DNA from: Selaginella moellendorffii | Taxonomy: Eukaryota; Plantae; Lycopodiophyta | Length of the DNA: 64,000 nucleotides | Direction: 5' to 3' | Assembly: GCF_000143415.4 (NCBI RefSeq) | Contig: NW_003314450.1 | Location: 1 to 64,000 of the forward strand | Translations under genes and position numbers: made by a program | The notes under the pieces: generated by a model | Told to the model about the DNA's origin: nothing | What the model saw: only the letters and a program-made list of their open reading frames with translations | The model's database searches: none | Shown: piece after piece, positions 36,701 through 47,882 of the stretch | Position numbering within the stretch: position 1 is the first letter of the stretch | Layout: each line of letters starts with the position of its first letter

Positions 36701-37253
36701 CATCCTTCTCGACGAAGACTTCCAGGCTCATGTTGCGGACTTTGGCCTCGCGAGGTTGATGAGAGACGCTGGCGATACTCATGTCTCCACCGACGTTGCC
36801 GGGACCGTTGGCTACATTCCACCGGAGTATAACAGCTCGTGCATGGCCACCATGCGCGGAGACGTCTACAGCTTCGGCGTTGTCGTTCTCGAGACCATCA
36901 TGGGGAAGCGTCCCACGGACAAAGGTTTCCGGAGAGCTGGAGGCATCGGTCATTTGGCTGGAGAGCGCGTCACAGTCCAGGAGCTCCAGTCGGCCATCGA
37001 TGCGGCCATGCTAGCCGAAAACACCACCGCCAGCCCCACGAACGCTGGAGAAGTTTCGGCAGAGATTCTCGAGGTGATGAAGATAGCCTGTTTGTGCTGC
37101 GTCGATAAACCAGGCAAGCGACCCGAGATGACGCACGTCGTGAGGATGCTGGAAGGCGTGGAAAGGCGACACTCGAACGGTGCGTCCAATCTTGTAAGTC
37201 CACCGTCTGTAGACGGAGGGTCTAAGCACTTCCTGAATAATGTAGAGATTTGA
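33705..37253 (+). CDS. Intronless LRR receptor-like kinase, LRR-X (PSKR/PSY1R-like)
   Basis: Signal peptide, many LxxLxLSxN repeats, island region before the last LRRs (LVYNN..YALPTTLDFSHN), GNPDLCG, TM helix, and RD kinase (GDGGFG, VAVKK, HRDIKASN, DFG, GYIPPEY). Confidence 0.95.
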   Translation: MLHHVFLVAISVLALDSTAATDLSCASERSALLEFRARLGGGGGGGGVLESWSSGATVSSSWRGVTLGSRGQVVKLELSSLELTGELYPVWDFLPALQVMNLSHNSLGGRLDFSSSCGGAALVSLDLSFNRLAGPVREGVRHFQALQLLRLDHNGLSGELPRGLFELRSLVALDLSWNNFSGPVSSDFELLRRMELLDLSHDNFSGALPASNLSRMAALAKLDVSSNALDSIKVVEMGLFQQLRTLDLSSNSFSGNLPEFVFATTSLEVLNLSSNQFTGPVREKASGQRKIRVLDMASNALTGDLSGLVGLTSLEHLNLAGNNLSGTIPSELGHFANLTMLDLCANEFQGGIPDSFSNLAKLEHLKVSNNLLSYMLDVGVSLPKSLRVLSAGSNLFSGPLRVSYNSAPSTLEVLYLPENRFTGPLPPELGQLKNLKKIILNQNSFVGSIPPSIAHCQLLEEIWINNNLLTGHIPPELFTLKHLRALVLANNSLSGSPVPLGISQSKTLEVLWLEQNNFSGPISSEVGQLSNLLMLSLASNKLTGHIPASLGKLTNLVGLDLGLNALSGRIPDELAGLSSIQFLFLSGNRMEQRIPGWIGNLSKLRAVDLSFNRFSGSIPTAWSNSTLTSLSPRYSDKPPSALVYNNEGQRFIGYALPTTLDFSHNELVGGIPAELGALRNLQILNLSHNRLQGSIPPSLGNVPALLKLDLSRNNLTGTIPQALCKLTFLSDLDLSDNHLKGAIPSSTQFQTFGNSSFAGNPDLCGAPLPECRLEQDEARSDIGTISAVQKLIPLYVVIAGSLGFCGFWALFIILIRKRQKLLSQEEDEDEYSKKKRYLNSSEVSNMSEGVAWIHPNELMSATSNYSHANIIGDGGFGIVYKAILADGSAVAVKKLITDGGFGMQGEREFLAEMQTLGKIKHKNLVCLKGYSCDGKDRILVYKYLKNGNLDTWLHCRDAGVKPLDWKTRFHIILGAARGITFLHHECFPPIVHRDIKASNILLDEDFQAHVADFGLARLMRDAGDTHVSTDVAGTVGYIPPEYNSSCMATMRGDVYSFGVVVLETIMGKRPTDKGFRRAGGIGHLAGERVTVQELQSAIDAAMLAENTTASPTNAGEVSAEILEVMKIACLCCVDKPGKRPEMTHVVRMLEGVERRHSNGASNLVSPPSVDGGSKHFLNNVEI

Positions 37254-37485
37254 GAATGAAAAGGATGTGTGAAATTGAGTGCGAGCTTACCATGACATTC
37301 CCCATGCCCTTGAGGGACGAGCAGACAGACATCCAACCAACGCATGGCCTAGATTGTCTTTGAATAAGTAAACAAGACACAGCTTTAGAGAAAAACAAAA
37401 GAGAAGTTTTAGTTTGACAATGTCACCTGTGCACTCGAGTGTATACATGTACAAACCGCCTCTGAGTGGGATTAGATGCTGTTCA

Positions 37486-38973
37486 TTACTTTCTCCTCAG
37501 TGTTCTCCCACTTCTGCTTGTCCTGGTTAGTACAGGCATGCTGGTACGCTGGTTCTGCAAAGCTGCTAACTCACGTACACGAGCAAGAATTGGCTGAGGT
37601 ATAGAAACTGCAAAATGTTTCTTTTTGTTGTGCTCCGCCTTTTATCACAACCAAAAACTGGATCAGACCAAAAGTGCACGAAGAGAAAAAATACATTGAA
37701 GGTACCTGCTGCTGCTTTGAAGTAAAGTGGACACGACTTGCTCTGAGTAGGTTCCTCCATTTATCCTGAGAACTTTGCCATGAGCAAGAGTCAAGGAAAA
37801 GAAAAACTTTACCTTCAAGTCAACAGCCGTGCGGTATGATACAGATGAAAACTCGAGCTTCTTGATGTCCGCCCACTTCCCTCCACCACAGCGAGCGACC
37901 CCTTCGACGAGTATCATAACTTCCCGTAGCGTCCAGGGACGATGATGTTTTCTCCTAGTACCTCCATTCGGTGTTGGAACAGTCTCCACATGCTCCCCAG
38001 AAAAATCCAACTCACAATCTTCTCCACCCATGCTTTGCACATCTTCGTAGTCTTCAAGCATTTGATCCATACCACCTTCCAGATCGGAGTAACTTTCCTG
38101 AACGGAAACACAATATTCTTCAAAAGGCAAAATCTCAAAGGCTGAAAGAACCTTGTCTGAAGAAGACATTGTCTTCTCTTTGCTGGACCCGATGCTGGGA
38201 CCGCGCTTGCGGGACGACCAGGCGAGTCGCGCAATTTTAGAGGCCTTGCGCTCAGCCTTTAGTTTCTGTGCGATCAGAGAGTTTTAATCTACAAAACTTA
38301 GAGAATCAACAAAAACTCGCAAGAAAGCTAAAGCATACCATCATGCTGCTGCGGCGACCGCCGTAAGACACTGCCGCTTGAGTTGGAGACTCAAACTCCG
38401 GGTACTCGATATCGCTGCCACTGTCAAGCTTCTCAGTTATATCCCGGTGAGACTTTGCTCCATCACACGAATCAGTTCCATCGGACACCAGCCTGTGAAG
38501 CTCTGACGTGAAGTAGAGGTTGTCCGTCTCATCTTCGATGTATCGCCGGTTTGGTTTCCTCTTTCTCTTCCCTTCGACGTTCCTCGTGGCAACAGAAAAG
38601 TAAACTTCGCCGGACACGGTAGAGGGATGAACCGTTTCATCGTTGCTAAGAACTTCTTGGCCCCGTGTGGAGTGAACGCCAGCCTTTTCTTTCACATTCC
38701 TGGAACTAACGTCGTCACCGTGTTTCACCACGGCAGGAGTAGCAATCTCGTGAAGATTTTCCCTCTCGGCGAAACACTCCAGTTGCAAGTCATCGTCCTC
38801 GGCCGAAGGAAGCACCGATCCATCATCTCCAACCTGAGATTAAATTCTCTTTAAGGACAAAAAGAAAATTTAAAATGCTCAACGGGAAGAAGAGGAGAGA
38901 AAGAACTTGCCCTCACTAGCTTGTAGACGAGGCGATCGAGCGAAATTTCACCGGCATTCTCAATCCTCTCCAT
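37486..38973 (-). CDS. TRF-like telobox Myb protein (TRFL3/6-like)
   Basis: Multi-exon. Motifs LVYKL, KRKRKPNRRYIE, RKHHRPWTLREV..WADIK..RTAVDLK/DKWRNL, ILARVRELA. Confidence 0.88.
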
Positions 38974-41135
38974 CGGCGCCAGGGCGTGACCTTGAATCTC
39001 AAGTTTCGGGCATCGCGCAGCTTCATCCCTGCGCTGATCCATACCTGGCGTGCGGCGCTCCCCAAAATCACCTCGAGATCGCGGAAAGAATGCGCAGTTC
39101 CAGCCAGCGCCTTCGGATCCTGGGCCAAGAACAACCGTAAAATGGACAACCACGTGGACAAAAGAATGGATGAACCCTAAAAACCGTGATAAGAAATATC
39201 GTTTAGAGATTAGGGCTAGCATAACCTTTGACGAAACTTGACCTTTTTTACCACTATTGACTTGTCCTTTTTTCCGCTTTTTTTCTCTCTGCCTCCGATC
39301 AGATCATCCTAGAGGCATTTAAACCGTATAGCCAGACAAGGGTTTCACGGCCTCTGCCATTCTTTTGGCGATTAGCACGTAATGTTCTTCGATCGTACGA
39401 GCCAGCATTGAAAATTTGGCGAGCACAAACTCAACGAAAGCGCTACGCACACCCTTTAATCTTTTCTACCCTTCGTTTCTTATTCGATCCTGGCGTCCAG
39501 CTCGCTCGCCAGGAGATAAAACTGGGCCAAGCCTCTGGATCCAGCACGATGGCAAAGACGTAGAGGGTTCCATATCTCCTTTTCTACCACTTCTTTTTAC
39601 AGCTCCTTTTGTCTGGGTGGCGGTAAATTTCTTGGAGCATCTCGATGCATCGCAGGGTGGCAGCAGCAGGTAGGGGGTCATTATATTGCTGATCTTGCCA
39701 ATCTCTCATACCATATGATCGTACCATCACCTTCATTCAATTGGACATTGACCGCTTCTATTCTATCAAAAAGTCCAAAGAGATCAAACTTGGCAAGAAC
39801 TCATACGAATTTATCCATGATATTCGAAAACATCCATCCAAAACGGCATTTCTAAATCTTTTGGTCTCGGACTTTCATGTGTGAGCGCCCCGAGACTATA
39901 TGAATGAATATTCTATTCATTGACAATATATCTTCTATTTTTATTTTGTGCCCTTGCCCGGGAGGGGCATTTATTCGCCATAACCACAAGCCACATGCAA
40001 ATGCAGTACCTTGAAGGCAGCGTCCGGATCGCGCCACGTCGGACGCGGCGGCGACGTGGCAGCCCAGCTGACGTCGATGGCGGGAATATTCGGCCCATTT
40101 GAAAAAAGGGGGCAGGGATCTGATCTGGATCGTTTCCTGGCGATTGTGTTTTGGAGAATTTAAGATGGGAGGGCCACACACACTGGCTCGCCATTGATCG
40201 CGACGACTGCTGCTTTGTACGCTTGCTTCCAGCGAATTCAATCGCGCAGATTCGTGAAAGCAAATCCAAAAGCCCACAAACAGTAAAGAATTGGGGGGAA
40301 ATTGGCCATGTCGTGAATCGCGATCAGGAGGAATGAAGAGAAAATAAAGAAGTAAAAAAAACTGGATCCAACCGTAACTTAAATGTGCGCGCTCTCGCCA
40401 CGAAGAGTGGTGTATTTATACAGGGGAATGTGAGTGTGTCGATTGCTTGCTTGCGTATGGCACTGTTCTTCGTGGCGTAGAAAGGAAGAACAGTCTTTGC
40501 TTGCTTGGTTTGCTTGAGCCTTGAATTGCTGGAAGGAATGAGGAGGAACACACCGTTTTGGAGTTCTATACTGTATAGAGTGTCTGTATGTCCTTGAGAT
40601 TCTCTATTGGTGCCATTCTCTATTCTATTCTACTGGATTCGCTTGCAGGAAACGTATGTAGCAAGCACGAACAGTAAGTATCGCAACTGGGCATCGTAAA
40701 AATTCCCGTTTTCTCGTTCCAATTCTCCCCGTATCTAGAGGACGGATCATCGAAATCGATGTGTGCTTTGATATTGGCATGATTCAATCCCATGACACCA
40801 TCTACAAACACCGAAAAGAGAAGCTTTACGATGGTCTAGCAAAGTTCTTCTCGCGAAAGAGAAGCCTTACGAAGATCTAGCCAAAATTTCGTGGCATGGA
40901 CGAGCAAAGGGTGCTGGCATTGGATTGAGTCGCGCCAATATCATGTGATTGCGTTGTGATCATAGAAGTGGAAGAAAGGAATAATTTTTTTTTCTAGTCA
41001 TTTTATTCGTGTGGGGTGGTTTCGTTAAAAATGGCGAACGAAGAACAAACGAGAGGGGTCGTCACTGTCAATGACTTCTCTCTATGTTCTCCTCGGTTAG
41101 GTCACCAAGAGCCCTAATTTCCCTGGGCAGGATCC

Positions 41136-43288
41136 ATGGCGCCCTGGCAGCTGCCGCTGCTACCGATCCTCTCGATGCTGCTGCTCCTGGCAGCGCGATC
41201 TGCGAGCTCACGGCCTCTGGAGGAGCAGGAGGAGGCGGATGCCGCGGTGGAGCTCACCAAGAACAGCTTCAATCAAACGCTCTGGGCGGCTCCGGCCACT
41301 TTCGCGCTCGTGGAGTTCTACGCTCACTGGTAAGCTTAGAGCTCGCGCAATCACGAGTTTCTCACGAGGATTTTGCTCCAGGTGCCCGGTGTGTAGGATT
41401 TATAAGGTGGAGTTTTGAAATTTTTTCTTTGTCTTTGTGGTTTGACACGAGCTTGCAATCGCAGCCTCAATACAGCAAAGTCGCGAAGCTCTTCAATGGA
41501 AGAACTGCTGTTCATCCCGGAGAGGTTTTCATGGGCAAGGTCGACTGCGCAGAGGATGTAAGCTTCACTGTCCTGTAGAGGAAGAGAAACTCATCGACTT
41601 GTTTGTTCACTTGCAGGCCAACACTCCCATTTGCAGGAGATTTCAAGTGGATCACTATCCTTCTCTGTACTGGGGTCATCCCGGAAAGCTTGCCTGGGAG
41701 AGCTTCGACCCAAAGGATTCGAAGGCTAGCAGTGGAATAGAGCTGATACCAAAAACTCCAAGAACAGCCGAGGCGTTACTAGCTTGGATCAACGAGCGCA
41801 TAGGAAAGTATGTCAAAGTTTTGTGTTTCTAAAGTTTTGTGTTTGTATTCGAAGTTATCGTTTTGCTAACTCTGCCTTTTTCTTCCAGATCTTATACGCT
41901 GAATGACGAAGCTCGGGAGACTACACGTGCGAGTATAGTCGAGCAGATCCAGGTAGCTCTTGGTTTTCTCGGTGTTTGCTATGCTAAGGTTCCTTTTCCT
42001 TTGGTGATATCTGGTAGCAAAGCCGATGATGTCCCTCTACGATATTGAGGAGTCGACAGCGCTTTCATACAAGTTTATCTTACAAAGCGAAGTAGGAAAG
42101 GCTTTCAATTGAAAAAATGATCTTCTAACTGCGTTTCATTTAGATGCTGAATGCAAAAACTCGTGCATCTTTTTTACATTTTTTGCAGCTTCTTGCCGTC
42201 CACCATCCGTCAAAAAGGTGTTTTTCTTGTCTTTCAGATGGAAATGAGAATATTTACATTTTCTTTCAGGTGTCGTGAGGGGAGTGCAAACATTCTAGTC
42301 CATTTTGAAGACATTTGGCTTGCTGGCGAAAATGCAAAGCCAAATGGCGACTTGCTAATGCGTTTACAGATTTGTGGCGAAAGAACAAGCACCGATGAGT
42401 GGATAACATGCCGTGGGAGCAAAAACTATACTCGCGGCTACAGGTCTGATCCCCGGTGGCTTTCATATGTACTGACGTCAATTTACATACAGCTGTGGAC
42501 TCTGGCTTTTGTTTCATGCATTGTCTGTCCGTGTAGAAGATTCGGAGAGCAAAACAGCCATACAAACTATTCGTGATTTTATAGCAAGTTTTTTCAACTG
42601 TGAAGATTGTCGCGACCATTTCTTGACGATGAGCACGAGGTAGACTTTTTCTAATAGTCATTCTAGAATCATCCCTTCTGACATGCAATGGTTGGTTCTG
42701 ATGCGCAAGTGCTGCCGATTCTATCAACTCGCGGCGCGATCTGGTACTTTGGTTCTGGCGCGCACACAACCAGGTTGGCTCTCTTTGTATGCAAGAGTAG
42801 AAATGGAACTCAACTTTTTCCTCCGTACAGGTTAACAAAAGAGTTGGAGACGCAGAAGCAGAGTCCAAGACTGGCGATCCCAAGTTCCCAAAGCAGCAGT
42901 GGCCTCCGAAAGAACTCTGTACAGCATGCAAGAAAGACGGGGATCAATGGGACGAATCTGCCGTGTATACATTCCTGACGGAGCTCTACGGACGAGCTCT
43001 CGTATCAATACCGGAGGAAAAGCTCGACGCAGCGTTGCGAAAGTCATCCAAAGCCGAAGTGGCGGTACCGGACGAGAGCTCCAGCACCAGCCGTGTAGCA
43101 GTACCAATCGGAGCAGCTTTCGGGATCGGGATGGCGAGCTGCGGCTTTGGAATTGTGGCTTGCTTTTGGAGAATGCAGCAAAAGAGAAAAAAGTAAACAC
43201 GCACCTTTCTCTTTGTTCTTCCCTCTTCACTCGAATTGAACGGGTTGCCGGTTTTATATCTCGCAGGCTTTTGCGGAGGCGAGTGTGA
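41136..43288 (+). CDS. QSOX: Quiescin sulfhydryl oxidase (thioredoxin + ERV/ALR domains, C-terminal TM)
   Basis: Signal peptide; VEFYAHWCPVC; CRGSKNYTRGYSCGLW; CEDC; WRAHNQVN; FPKQQWPPKELC. Many short introns. Confidence 0.92.
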
Positions 43289-43454
43289 AGTTGTGGATCT
43301 CGAATTTAGAGGTATATATTACCCATTCTTTCTTTTTTGAGGCAAGGGAAAGCAGTGGTGACTAATTCTTATCATGTATTCTACTTATATACTTGAATGG
43401 AAATTTTACCGAGCTCGGACGACAAGGTTGGCAAGCTTTCATGTTTTGTTTTTT

Positions 43455-45110
43455 TTACTGCTGCTCGTTTTCTGATCCGTCCGAGCTTTTGTTCTTGCAG
43501 GTCCAAGCGGAAGCAGCAATCAGTGGTCTCGATTTCCAGGAAAGAAGCAACTTTTCAATCTCCTCGTCGCTGTGATGCTCCTTGAGCTGGTACCCGTCCT
43601 TGAACAGTCCCAGCAGCAGCCTGGCTTGGCAGATGTTTCTCCTGCTCAGTGAAACTCGGTGGAATCCGGCCGAGTGCAAGAGGCTAGACCACTCGACTTT
43701 GGAGTGCGCGTGGTGGTGAGCGATGAGGGCCGTCTTGATCCTGGTGGCCAGGAACGCGCGCTCGACGAGTATGTGAGCCGTGGTCTCGCACAAGCTCGCC
43801 TCCAGCGAGTCGAGTATGGCGGAGTAGTGATGGAGTGCCTGGAAGAACTTGTCCACGGTATTTGGAGCGCTCAAGCAGCTCACCACCTCCTCCTCGACGA
43901 AGGTCACCAGCCTCGGTGAGAACTTTTGCACGGACTTGAGAAACGAGAGCACTGACGACGGCGATTTGTGCGGTACGTGCAGGAGGTGGAGCATGCAGTT
44001 GACAATGAGCGTCTCCCCCTTGATCAACTTCAGGCCAACCAGCTTGGAATCCTCATCGTCCTCGACTTTGGCCTGGTGGAAGGAGAACGGGATCTTGAAA
44101 GCAGCAGCGCACTCCATGAGACGCTCCTTGGTCTCCTGGAAGTTGGCGAGCTGGTGCCTGGAGTGAGGGCGATATACAGCGGTGATCCGGAGATGCGGAG
44201 TGCCTCCTTCGCGAAGAGCCAGAGCTTGCATAAGAGATGGCCACTGGATCCCGAGAGTTACATCGTAGTCGAGGATGTGAACTCTCTTATCGTCGCCAAT
44301 TGCTTCGAGGATGGCCTGGTTCGCGACGTAGTGGCCGAACTTGATATAGGGGGATGCTTCGTGGAGAGCCTGGAAAGCCGTGATCGAATCGAGATAGCTC
44401 ATGGAACAAGAGCTCGCAACTTTGGTGATCCTGGCACCGTCGAGGAGTGACTGGAGAGCCTCGGTGAAGTAAAGAGCTAGTCTCTGGAAGACCGGACCGC
44501 TGGAAGAACACGAGGAAGTGAGCTCCCGGAGGCGGAAAAGTATGACTTTGGCGAGATCCAGAGCCTGGGAAAACATGGCCTCGGCTCCGGCGAGAAGAAG
44601 ATGGAATAGACGGCATCCGAAAAACTCCTGGTGCTGGAGATCGAGCTCGGGGTCTCCAGGGAGCTGGAAGTCATCGAAATTTATTGGAGAGAAATCCAGG
44701 CAGGCTTCCGTTTCCAGGCTTCGGTGGAGGAATTCGCACAGGGCATCGTCGTCCTCGTCCTCGTCGTCGTTATCATCCTCAGCTCCTTCAACTTCGTCCT
44801 TTCTCGAGACCTGCTCAAGAACAGAATGTGGACTGCTCGGCTGGAGTCTTTTGCGAACCTTCGAGGCCGGCGGCTGCTCTTGCTCGTCTCCACCTTCGAG
44901 CAGCGAGTCCAGGAGGGCGGAAGTAATACCTTGCTCCTCGAGCTCCGGCCACACTGAAAGTAAGTCCAAGTCCCCTCCTTGAATCACATCGATATCACAG
45001 ACTTTGGTGACGCAGGGATCGACCGAGCAAGCCTGAAGCTCGGAGTACCAGTAGAGATTTTCCTCCCCTTGCCGCTCCAGAGCCATGTCGACATCAAGAT
45101 CACTCGCCAT
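43455..45110 (-). CDS. NSP2: GRAS transcription factor, NSP2-like
   Basis: Intronless. Motifs SPYIKFGHYVANQAILEA, VHILDYD, LKLIKGETLIVNCMLHL, ALHHYSAILDSLEA, CQARLLLGLFKDGY, WKSRPLIAASAW. Confidence 0.85.
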   Translation of the reverse strand: MASDLDVDMALERQGEENLYWYSELQACSVDPCVTKVCDIDVIQGGDLDLLSVWPELEEQGITSALLDSLLEGGDEQEQPPASKVRKRLQPSSPHSVLEQVSRKDEVEGAEDDNDDEDEDDDALCEFLHRSLETEACLDFSPINFDDFQLPGDPELDLQHQEFFGCRLFHLLLAGAEAMFSQALDLAKVILFRLRELTSSCSSSGPVFQRLALYFTEALQSLLDGARITKVASSCSMSYLDSITAFQALHEASPYIKFGHYVANQAILEAIGDDKRVHILDYDVTLGIQWPSLMQALALREGGTPHLRITAVYRPHSRHQLANFQETKERLMECAAAFKIPFSFHQAKVEDDEDSKLVGLKLIKGETLIVNCMLHLLHVPHKSPSSVLSFLKSVQKFSPRLVTFVEEEVVSCLSAPNTVDKFFQALHHYSAILDSLEASLCETTAHILVERAFLATRIKTALIAHHHAHSKVEWSSLLHSAGFHRVSLSRRNICQARLLLGLFKDGYQLKEHHSDEEIEKLLLSWKSRPLIAASAWTCKNKSSDGSENEQQ

Positions 45111-46033
45111 CACGCAGGAAAGGTAAGAGCTTTTTTCTTTCTTGGAAGAGGAAGGACAACTTTTCAAGTTGGGGAAAGCACGCTCCTCCGGACTAAACTC
45201 CCGTTTTTCTATAGGTGCGTGGATCTCTTACAGGAGCGCGGACCCCTAGATGGGAGCATATTTCTCCATCTTCCTGGTATATGCACCGCGATGCGCTCTT
45301 CAAAGGTCCCACTTTTCTCTTTGATATGTCTCGACTTAGATGCTCTGTCTTCATGGTTGTTCCTGGGCCAACAATGGAACACTAAACTTTGCTTTGTTGG
45401 TGCCAGTGGAAGCAAATGGAATGCGAGCAAGGAGATCTGTTAGCCTCTCCCGACGAAGTTGTCGTGGAAGCTGCGATTGGCGAGCGAGGTACTTCGTTGT
45501 CGATCGATCAGCTGTGAACAAAAGCTCGCGTTTTTAAATTCGCAGGAAGGGCGGGCGAGCGAGCGAGCGAAAGAGCGAGAGGTGTCAGCACAGGAACACA
45601 ACTCGATCGAAGAAAAGAGGTGAAGTTTTGACATTTCCTTTTGGTACGAAAGGGACTCGAAGAACAGTTTTTCTTTTTTCTTCCTTGTTTCTATTCCGTG
45701 ATGTTAGCGAGTGTGATATTTGTGTGACTAGTGCTCTGGGATTTCTGGGGATGCGCATCCGCTCCGGTCAAGAAGCCGGGCATTTAGAGCTTCTAAGGTA
45801 AAATTTGGAGGTGGGGACATGATGCGGTTCACAATGCGGGCGCGATTCTTTTGATTTTGTTCTGTGCTTTGTTGTTTAATGTGCGGAGAAGATGCCCTTC
45901 GCTCGTGAAAGTGCCAAAAACTAGATCCCGCGAACTAAAATTTAAATGAAGCATATTCTCCTGTGCCCTAAATTTGCCTATGCTTGAAATGATTCGGCGA
46001 ATATGCCCCAAAACGCTAGTTTATCGTCCAGCG

Positions 46034-47735
46034 ATGGCGGCTCGGGAGATGATTCTCTCGGCAGCTGTGTGCCTCTGCTCGATTGCGGCGGTGAGACTGA
46101 TGGATCTCTACTGGGATTCTCCGTCCCCCGGGCCGCATTGGATGGAGCAGGAATCCGGGCCGGCATTGCGAGCTTCTTGCTCGGGGCATGGTAGGGTTTT
46201 CAACGACGGCAGCGATCTGGCGTGCGAGTGTAGCGACTGCTACACTGGCGTGAATTGCTCTGAGCTCCAGCATGGCTGCATGGTCGATGCCGATGCGTAA
46301 GATCCTCACGAATCTAAGCTCTAGATTTCTATTGCCTGGAGATTTTATCCTCTCCTTGCTAGAGCATGAGCTAAGGTTGCGTAGCTTCTCGTTCTTTCAA
46401 TAGAAAGGTCAATCCTAACCTTCTTCGTACTTGCTTGCAGTGGCGATCCAACTTTCCTGGAGCCCTTCTGGATGGAGCACGGGGCTGATGCCGGCGTGTT
46501 CATGCCCAGCTGGTATAGAATGGGCTACAGCGTAAAGAAGAAGGGATCCTCGCCCGCGCACAAAGAACTTCCGCTTGTGTACGTGATAAAAGAGCTCGAA
46601 GACAGCATTAGGGAGCTCCATGAACTGGTCGGGAATGCCGTCGTCAAGGACAAGTATTTGGTTATCGGAACTGGTTCCATGCAGCTCGTTGCCGCCGCTC
46701 TCAATGCTCTCTCCGATTCGTTTCCGGAGAAGCCTGGCGCTGTTGTCACCAGAGCACCGTGCTACATGGTAAAGCTTTTCGGTTTTTTCTTCTCTTGGTT
46801 CTTAAGCTTTTGCTTGGCTACCATAGATTTACAAGTTACAAGTCGACGTGCTTTCTTCTTCCAAGTTCCAATGGGGTGGTGATGCTGTGGCGGCTTTTGA
46901 GAAGAAAGCATTCGATCCTTCTTCAGTGGTGGAGCTTCTGGCTGCTCCTAATAACCCCGACACTTCGATTCTAGAGCCTGTCTACAAAGGAACGAACGCG
47001 AAGATTATCCACGACAAGGCGTACTACTGGCCGCACTACACTGCCATCGCTGGAGCTCTGGACGAGGATGTGATGCTCTTCTCGCTGTCGAAAACCACCG
47101 GCCATGCGGGCTCCAGAATCGGGTAAGCAAACTCTTTCTATAATATGTGATGCAGCTCTGACTCGAGAACCAACTTAAACAGATGGGCGCTGGTGAGAGA
47201 CATTGAGGTCTACAAGAAGATGTTCATGTACATTGCGGTGTCAACCATTGGAGTTTCTCGCGAGTCACAGTTGCGAGCCCACCGGCTGATCAAATCACTG
47301 CTGGATGGATATCAAAATGGCGGAAGCCACAAAGCGCGGATGTTTGACTTCGGCTACCACACACTTCAGTCACGCTGGCAGACACTAGCGGAGATATTCA
47401 AAGCCTCAACCAGGTTCTCTATTCAGAAAACCGACTCTCAGCATTGCTCCTTCTTCAAGAAAGAAGTGTCTCCTTCTCCAGGTATGCCACAAAGTATTAC
47501 CCCTGTATACATTCTTACGCGTGAGCTCTTTGCAGCTTATGCTTGGATCCGCTGCGAGCAAGAGGAAGACTGTCACTCGATTTTCGCAGCAGCAGGAATA
47601 AATGGCCGTCCAGGACGAGCATTTGGAGTCAGCAATCGCTACATACGGCTGTGCATGATAAAACGAGACGACGAGTTCGAGCTACTTGCTGGTAAGCTCC
47701 AGGCTCTCGTGGACACAGAGCTAACGAACGAGTAA
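46034..47735 (+). CDS. Alliinase/tryptophan-aminotransferase-related PLP enzyme (EGF-containing TAR3/4-alliinase type)
   Basis: N-terminal hydrophobic segment, EGF-like CSGHG..CEC..CYTG..C, GDPTFLEPFW, PNNPD, DKAYYWPHYT, and PLP lysine in SLSKTTGHAGSRIGW. Confidence 0.92.
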
Positions 47736-47825
47736 ACAATCGTTTGCTCGACGAGTTCGAGCTACTACTCGCGGGTAAGCTCCAAGCTCCTGTGGACACG
47801 CAGGTAACAAACGAGTAAACAATCG
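47669..47825. repeat. 80-bp tandem duplication of the TAR gene 3' end
   Basis: cgacgagttcgagctact...gagtaaacaatcg starts at 47669 and 47749. Confidence 0.9.
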
Positions 47826-47882
47826 CTTATTCAATCAATCTGTGTGTGAGCACTGTGAAGAACAAAAAGTTTGCTTTTGCTT

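Noticed and set aside
39416-40960. Short ORFs and a ~42-bp duplication between the TRFL and QSOX genes
   Set aside because: No consistent frame, splice model or recognisable motif.
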